From a virus (Duplodnaviria > Caudoviricetes), in the IMG/VR virus record IMGVR_UViG_3300005613_000085, positions 1-52,128 of that record: 52,128 nt of DNA. The stretch is one strand, 5' to 3'. The notes under the pieces are model-generated. The model ran no database searches. It was not told the DNA's origin and saw only the letters and a list, made by a program, of their open reading frames with translations. Shown here piece after piece: positions 47,972 to 52,128 of this stretch (position 1 is its first letter; every line of letters starts with the position of its first letter). Position numbers and translations under genes: made by a program.

Positions 47972-48255
47972 GAAGTATGAGTGGTTCTTTTACAGCTGAA
48001 CTTAGTCCAGAAAGCCTACAGGCATGGGAGGAACTTATGAAAGAGATAAACAGAGATACATTTGATGAATCACCAGCCAAAACCAAATTGAGTTTATTGT
48101 TTGACTCTATCTGCAACATCGAGGATAAAGTAGACGTGTTGACAAGGAAATTAGATGTGAAGTTGAAAATAGATAAAGTATATGTATGTATCGGTGGATT
48201 TCTCGGTGCGGCGTTTGCTTTATTGTTAAGGGAGATGCCTAAATGGATCTTGTAA
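47968..48255 (+). CDS. Small protein with coiled coil and C-terminal transmembrane segment (holin candidate)
   Basis: VYVCIGGFLGAAFALLL hydrophobic segment. Confidence 0.5.
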   Translation: MRSMSGSFTAELSPESLQAWEELMKEINRDTFDESPAKTKLSLLFDSICNIEDKVDVLTRKLDVKLKIDKVYVCIGGFLGAAFALLLREMPKWIL

Positions 48256-48452
48256 GATATATGAATAGCGATGGTAATTTACAATTACTCGATCTTGATG
48301 ATATTAGTATGGGATGTATCCAAGCTAATGTATTGTACCTTAGAATGAAAAATTCACATGAACAGTTTGAATTTTTAGAATCCGATGCAGCTCGTATACG
48401 TCAAGCTCTAGTTCTTAAATCAAGGATACTACCTGATGTCAAAAAAACCTGA
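48243..48452 (+). CDS. Hypothetical protein
   Basis: RBS GGGAG; overlapping operon arrangement. Confidence 0.55.
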   Translation: MDLVRYMNSDGNLQLLDLDDISMGCIQANVLYLRMKNSHEQFEFLESDAARIRQALVLKSRILPDVKKT

Positions 48453-48657
48453 ACCGACATACAACTACCTTGATATCCTAGCGGCAAAACACAAGGTATC
48501 GCACCCCGTACCTCAATCACCTTGGAAACACTCTCGTTCCACTCACCCTCTACGCGACATCCAGATCAAGCACGTAAAAATGCTAACTATCATAAACCGT
48601 GTGATAAGATCGAACAACACAGGAGAGAAGGAGCTTAAAATATGCAACATGATTTAA
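48436..48657 (+). CDS. Hypothetical protein
   Basis: Overlaps both neighbours and fills the gap. Confidence 0.45.
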   Translation: MSKKPEPTYNYLDILAAKHKVSHPVPQSPWKHSRSTHPLRDIQIKHVKMLTIINRVIRSNNTGEKELKICNMI

Positions 48658-49196
48658 TGAACCCGGAGATCGTTCCACCAACCGATGACAAAGGCCACAG
48701 TGCTAAAATTACAGTGAGAATACAGCCTGATTGGGTCAAGCAGATAGATATATCAGTGAAGCACAACGGGCTACTATATAATAACCGAGGTGATTTTATT
48801 CGCGATGCGATATTAAAGCATTTCGAATGGATCAATAGTTGGACAAGGGATCAGGATGATGAGATCACCGGGTCCATATGGGGCCAGATTAGATTAGCAA
48901 TGGATTTGTTCGAGCAAGATCGATATCAACAAGGATTCGCTGGCCTTATGACTTCATTACGAGAACGAGTCAACGTTTTTCTACAACGAGGAGCTAAGGT
49001 AGAAGCAGTCAGACATGTGTTGCAGACTATAAATACATTGAAGAATATGACTGACGGGTATTGGAGGAACATGCATTTAACGGCGGTGTTGGAAGAGTAT
49101 AAAGAGTTACTAAATGCATCAGATAAAGTAAGTCTTGTTAAACAAATAACACAAGAGGTTGAAGATAGTATTAATGAAATGGAGGAAGATACATGA
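48642..49196 (+). CDS. Ribbon-helix-helix DNA-binding protein
   Basis: KITVRIQPDWVKQID...YNNRGDFIRDAI; RBS AAGGAG. Confidence 0.75.
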   Translation: MQHDLMNPEIVPPTDDKGHSAKITVRIQPDWVKQIDISVKHNGLLYNNRGDFIRDAILKHFEWINSWTRDQDDEITGSIWGQIRLAMDLFEQDRYQQGFAGLMTSLRERVNVFLQRGAKVEAVRHVLQTINTLKNMTDGYWRNMHLTAVLEEYKELLNASDKVSLVKQITQEVEDSINEMEEDT

Positions 49197-49390
49197 TGCT
49201 ACGTTGCCCGTTATGCGGGAGTAGACAGTATGAGAAAGAAGGTAAGTATTTTAGGTGTACGAAATGCACTGTGATGTTTACAGACGTGAAGAAATTTTAC
49301 TCGGGGGGCAGACACGGAGCACCGGTGTATGGTGGTCGGCACGAGAATAAAGATGAAGCAGGATTACCGGATTATTATAAAAAGGATTAA
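49193..49390 (+). CDS. Zinc-ribbon protein
   Basis: CPLCGS...CTKC. Confidence 0.7.
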   Translation: MMLRCPLCGSRQYEKEGKYFRCTKCTVMFTDVKKFYSGGRHGAPVYGGRHENKDEAGLPDYYKKD

Positions 49391-49412
49391 CACTCAACAA
49401 GGGGCAATCAGA

Positions 49413-50945
49413 ATGCCAATAACATTACCATCACCGCCGGAGATAGGACTGCCATCATCGTTCCCATCCTGGCGTCCATACCAAGAACAAGCAATCATGG
49501 ATTGCATCTCTTCGCCGAAACGTTTCGTTGCGCAAGTCCAGCCCACTGGCAGTGGTAAATCAATATGTTACGTCGCCGCCGCCGAATTACTCTCGTGTCG
49601 GACGCTAATCTTAACTTCGACTAAGATACTGCAAGATCAATTAGAGAAAGACTTTGATGTTGTAGTTGCGAAGGGTAGATCGAATTATCCATGTAAATTA
49701 TATCATAATGTACTTAAATGTGACATGGGACCGTGCAGAATCGGCCATTATTGCCCCCATCGTAAGACTGATTGTGAATTCTATACTATGATAAACCGAG
49801 CTAAAAAAGCGAAGATCGTTGTGACTAACTATGCATTCTGGTGCCATAATAAACACGATACTATAGGTGATTTTAAGTTCCTTGTATGTGATGAAGGCCA
49901 TGACACGCCGCAGCAATTATTATCTACTCTTAGTGTGACATTTAATACACACGAACAAAACAATATCGGCCTTACAGGAAGCACTGAAGATATAAAAACC
50001 GCCAGGACTTATGGGAGATTAATTACTGACTCAATAGCAGATCAAGCGTCAGAGGCAAGGAAACTTGGCACTACAAGAGAACTTGCAGAGAGTCAAGAAT
50101 TCAAAGCCCTAACAAAACTCAAACATAAATTAGATAAACTAAACACTCAAGTCAACTGGGTAGTAGAAGAACATTCCAAAGGCATTGATTTTGACCCTCT
50201 ATGGCCTAGTGAATTCGCAGAGTCACATTTATTTCGAGACATACCAAAAATATTATTGACATCTGCTACACTAACTGCTAAGATACTATCGTTATTGGGG
50301 GCAAGTAAATCTAACTGTGATATATTCGAGTACCCGAGTTATTTTCCCGTACAATCAAGACCTGTGATTCACATCCCTACTGTTGCTATGAGGCATGGAA
50401 TGAATGAAGCGTTAATTACCATGTGGTTGAGTCGTATTGATCAAATAATAAGACAACGTACAGATAAAAAGGCAGTCATACATGCAGTTAGTTATAAACG
50501 CTGTCAAGATATCTTGCGTTATAGCGAGTTTAAGAACATAATGATAACACATAGACCGGGGCAAGTAAGTACAGCGATTAAACAATTAAAGAAATCCTCA
50601 TCACCTAAGATCGTAGTATCACCATCATGTATCACTGGCATTGATTTACCATATACAGATTGTGAATACCAGATCGTAGGCAAGATACCTTTTCCTGATT
50701 TAAGAAGGAAGGTTGATAAAGTAAGAAAGGAGAGTGATAAAGAATATGGTATGTGTTTTGCTGCTCAGAGTTTACAGCAGGCAGTAGGAAGGGGAACGAG
50801 AGCGGCAGATGATAGATGTGAGACATTGATTATTGACGATCAGATGAAGTGGTTTCCCTATAGGTATAAAAAGTTTTTTGCTAAGTGGTTCTTGGGTGCA
50901 GTGAGAACTAACCCTGTGATACCGAGGCCGTTGGAGAAATTATAA
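49413..50945 (+). CDS. DinG/XPD-family SF2 helicase with Fe-S cysteines
   Basis: WRPYQ, PTGSGKS, KGRSNYPC...C, VVTNY, DEGH, TSAT, GID, KIPFP, QAVGRGTR. Confidence 0.9.
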   Translation: MPITLPSPPEIGLPSSFPSWRPYQEQAIMDCISSPKRFVAQVQPTGSGKSICYVAAAELLSCRTLILTSTKILQDQLEKDFDVVVAKGRSNYPCKLYHNVLKCDMGPCRIGHYCPHRKTDCEFYTMINRAKKAKIVVTNYAFWCHNKHDTIGDFKFLVCDEGHDTPQQLLSTLSVTFNTHEQNNIGLTGSTEDIKTARTYGRLITDSIADQASEARKLGTTRELAESQEFKALTKLKHKLDKLNTQVNWVVEEHSKGIDFDPLWPSEFAESHLFRDIPKILLTSATLTAKILSLLGASKSNCDIFEYPSYFPVQSRPVIHIPTVAMRHGMNEALITMWLSRIDQIIRQRTDKKAVIHAVSYKRCQDILRYSEFKNIMITHRPGQVSTAIKQLKKSSSPKIVVSPSCITGIDLPYTDCEYQIVGKIPFPDLRRKVDKVRKESDKEYGMCFAAQSLQQAVGRGTRAADDRCETLIIDDQMKWFPYRYKKFFAKWFLGAVRTNPVIPRPLEKL

Positions 50946-51229
50946 TGAATGAAAAAGAAATAGAAGTAGGGTCTATATCACATAATATGATTATTATAGA
51001 AAAATCCATAGAGAGGATAAAGAATGAATTACGCATACGAGGTGTGGATACAAGCTTCTTAGATTCCAGAACTAACATTTTTACAAGGGCTATCGATAGA
51101 GTAGTAAAAATAAATAAAGTAATACCAGAAGTAAGATTGTGTCCTCTAAAGAAAACACAACAAAAATTATGCACAGGAAACTGTAAACACTGTCAGAACA
51201 AGGAAGGTAGTGATACTAATGGATCTTAA
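50945..51229 (+). CDS. Hypothetical protein with C-terminal Cys cluster
   Basis: TAATG coupling; CP...CTGNCKHC. Confidence 0.6.
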   Translation: MNEKEIEVGSISHNMIIIEKSIERIKNELRIRGVDTSFLDSRTNIFTRAIDRVVKINKVIPEVRLCPLKKTQQKLCTGNCKHCQNKEGSDTNGS

Positions 51230-51308
51230 ATTCAGTAAAGAAGTAGTCGTAATGTGTATTGCAGCTTGGTTAATCGGGTTTATGATTGGGCTACCAATCA
51301 TAATATAA
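51219..51308 (+). CDS. 29-aa membrane peptide (absent from the ORF track)
   Basis: RBS-like GGAAGGT; MDLKFSKEVVVMCIAAWLIGFMIGLPIII. Confidence 0.5.
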   Translation: MDLKFSKEVVVMCIAAWLIGFMIGLPIII

Positions 51309-51320
51309 CAATGAAAGGAG

Positions 51321-51539
51321 GTGATATCAATCAAACCAGCGCCAGGAGCATCAGTAAAAGTCAAACTTATATTCTTGGCAGAGATAGAGAACGAGTACCA
51401 TTTTAGGGCCGTCTGGCACAGTATATACTACAGGATTAAAAAATCCGACGTGCGAGACCTACGTTATATTAATGATCGCGATCTGGTAGAGGTAGAAATA
51501 CCTTACCATGTCGCAGAGCAAAAAGGAGTACCAATTTAA
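51321..51539 (+). CDS. Hypothetical protein
   Basis: RBS AAGGAGG near GTG; TAATG coupling to the next gene. Confidence 0.55.
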   Translation: MISIKPAPGASVKVKLIFLAEIENEYHFRAVWHSIYYRIKKSDVRDLRYINDRDLVEVEIPYHVAEQKGVPI

Positions 51540-52128
51540 TGGGACTTTCACTTAGACCGGAAGATGCAGTCGTCAGTGGTGGATTTTTAGACGATGAAGA
51601 CGTAACAATTAAAACCGTCCGTGCAACTATGTTTGATTATGCAGGGACGCGAGTAAATGATCCTTCACCGGCAATCTGTGTAGAATACGACAGGGGCGAT
51701 GGCGAGACCAACGAACAGTATTATACAGTAGGCAAAAGCAAAGACACAGCACCGAGTAACGACGGTAAAACGTTTAACAACCTGAGAAGTGACCCCAGAT
51801 CAGGGCTGCCTGAAAACTCCAATGGTATGATTTGGTTACAAGCAATTATTAATGCTGGTTTTCCTGCCGATAAAATCCATGATGATTTATCAGTGTTTGA
51901 TGGCACTGACGCGCATGTGAATCAAATCCCGGCGTTAGAGAGAAAGGGACTTACAGGTACCAAGGACAAAACGATATTGATTGTGACCAAGATTAATGCA
52001 TTGGCCAGTGAGAGAAGTAAGAGTAAGAGCAAAAGTACAGTGAAATCTACGACATCGAAAGGTAAAACCAAAGCTACTACCCCTACTGACACCAACACTG
52101 ACACCGGTGCCGATGAAGTATCAGCTCG
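51539..52128 (+). CDS. Truncated ORF, possible ssDNA-binding or replication protein
   Basis: MGLSLRPEDAVVSGGFLDD... open to the window end; function inferred only from context near the helicase and a low-complexity tail. Confidence 0.5.
   Translation, partial: MGLSLRPEDAVVSGGFLDDEDVTIKTVRATMFDYAGTRVNDPSPAICVEYDRGDGETNEQYYTVGKSKDTAPSNDGKTFNNLRSDPRSGLPENSNGMIWLQAIINAGFPADKIHDDLSVFDGTDAHVNQIPALERKGLTGTKDKTILIVTKINALASERSKSKSKSTVKSTTSKGKTKATTPTDTNTDTGADEVSA

Noticed and set aside
49413-50945. DinG as part of a type IV CRISPR or defence system
   Set aside because: No cas genes or array; context is a phage early/replication region
1-52128. tRNA, rRNA, integrase, reverse transcriptase, introns or inteins
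   Set aside because: None recognised by eye; intergenic gaps are short and terL, portal, capsid and helicase have normal lengths

Overview
A 52-kb piece of a tailed dsDNA phage (siphovirus-like) with a lambda-type head module. A short leftward operon (metallopeptidase-like, MazG-like, HNH-like) is followed by a long rightward block: TerS, two large inserted genes, TerL (GpA-type), M15 endolysin, gpW, portal, S49 protease with nested scaffold, decoration protein, capsid, neck and tail genes, a -1 frameshifted tail chaperone, tape measure and tail-tip genes. After these come a hydrolase moron, a glycosyltransferase/methyltransferase cluster and early genes (RHH regulator, DinG-like helicase). 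The standout observation is three predicted virion proteins carrying about 2,000 aa of Ser/Thr/Cys X-S-T repeats that space out lectin-like domains. The same genome encodes 7 glycosyltransferase-like genes, 3 SAM methyltransferases and a sulfotransferase-like gene. Two tandem GTs show motifs of polypeptide GalNAc-transferases, which suggests a phage-encoded mucin-type O-glycosylation system for the virion. All family calls come from motif recognition by eye; no database search was run.
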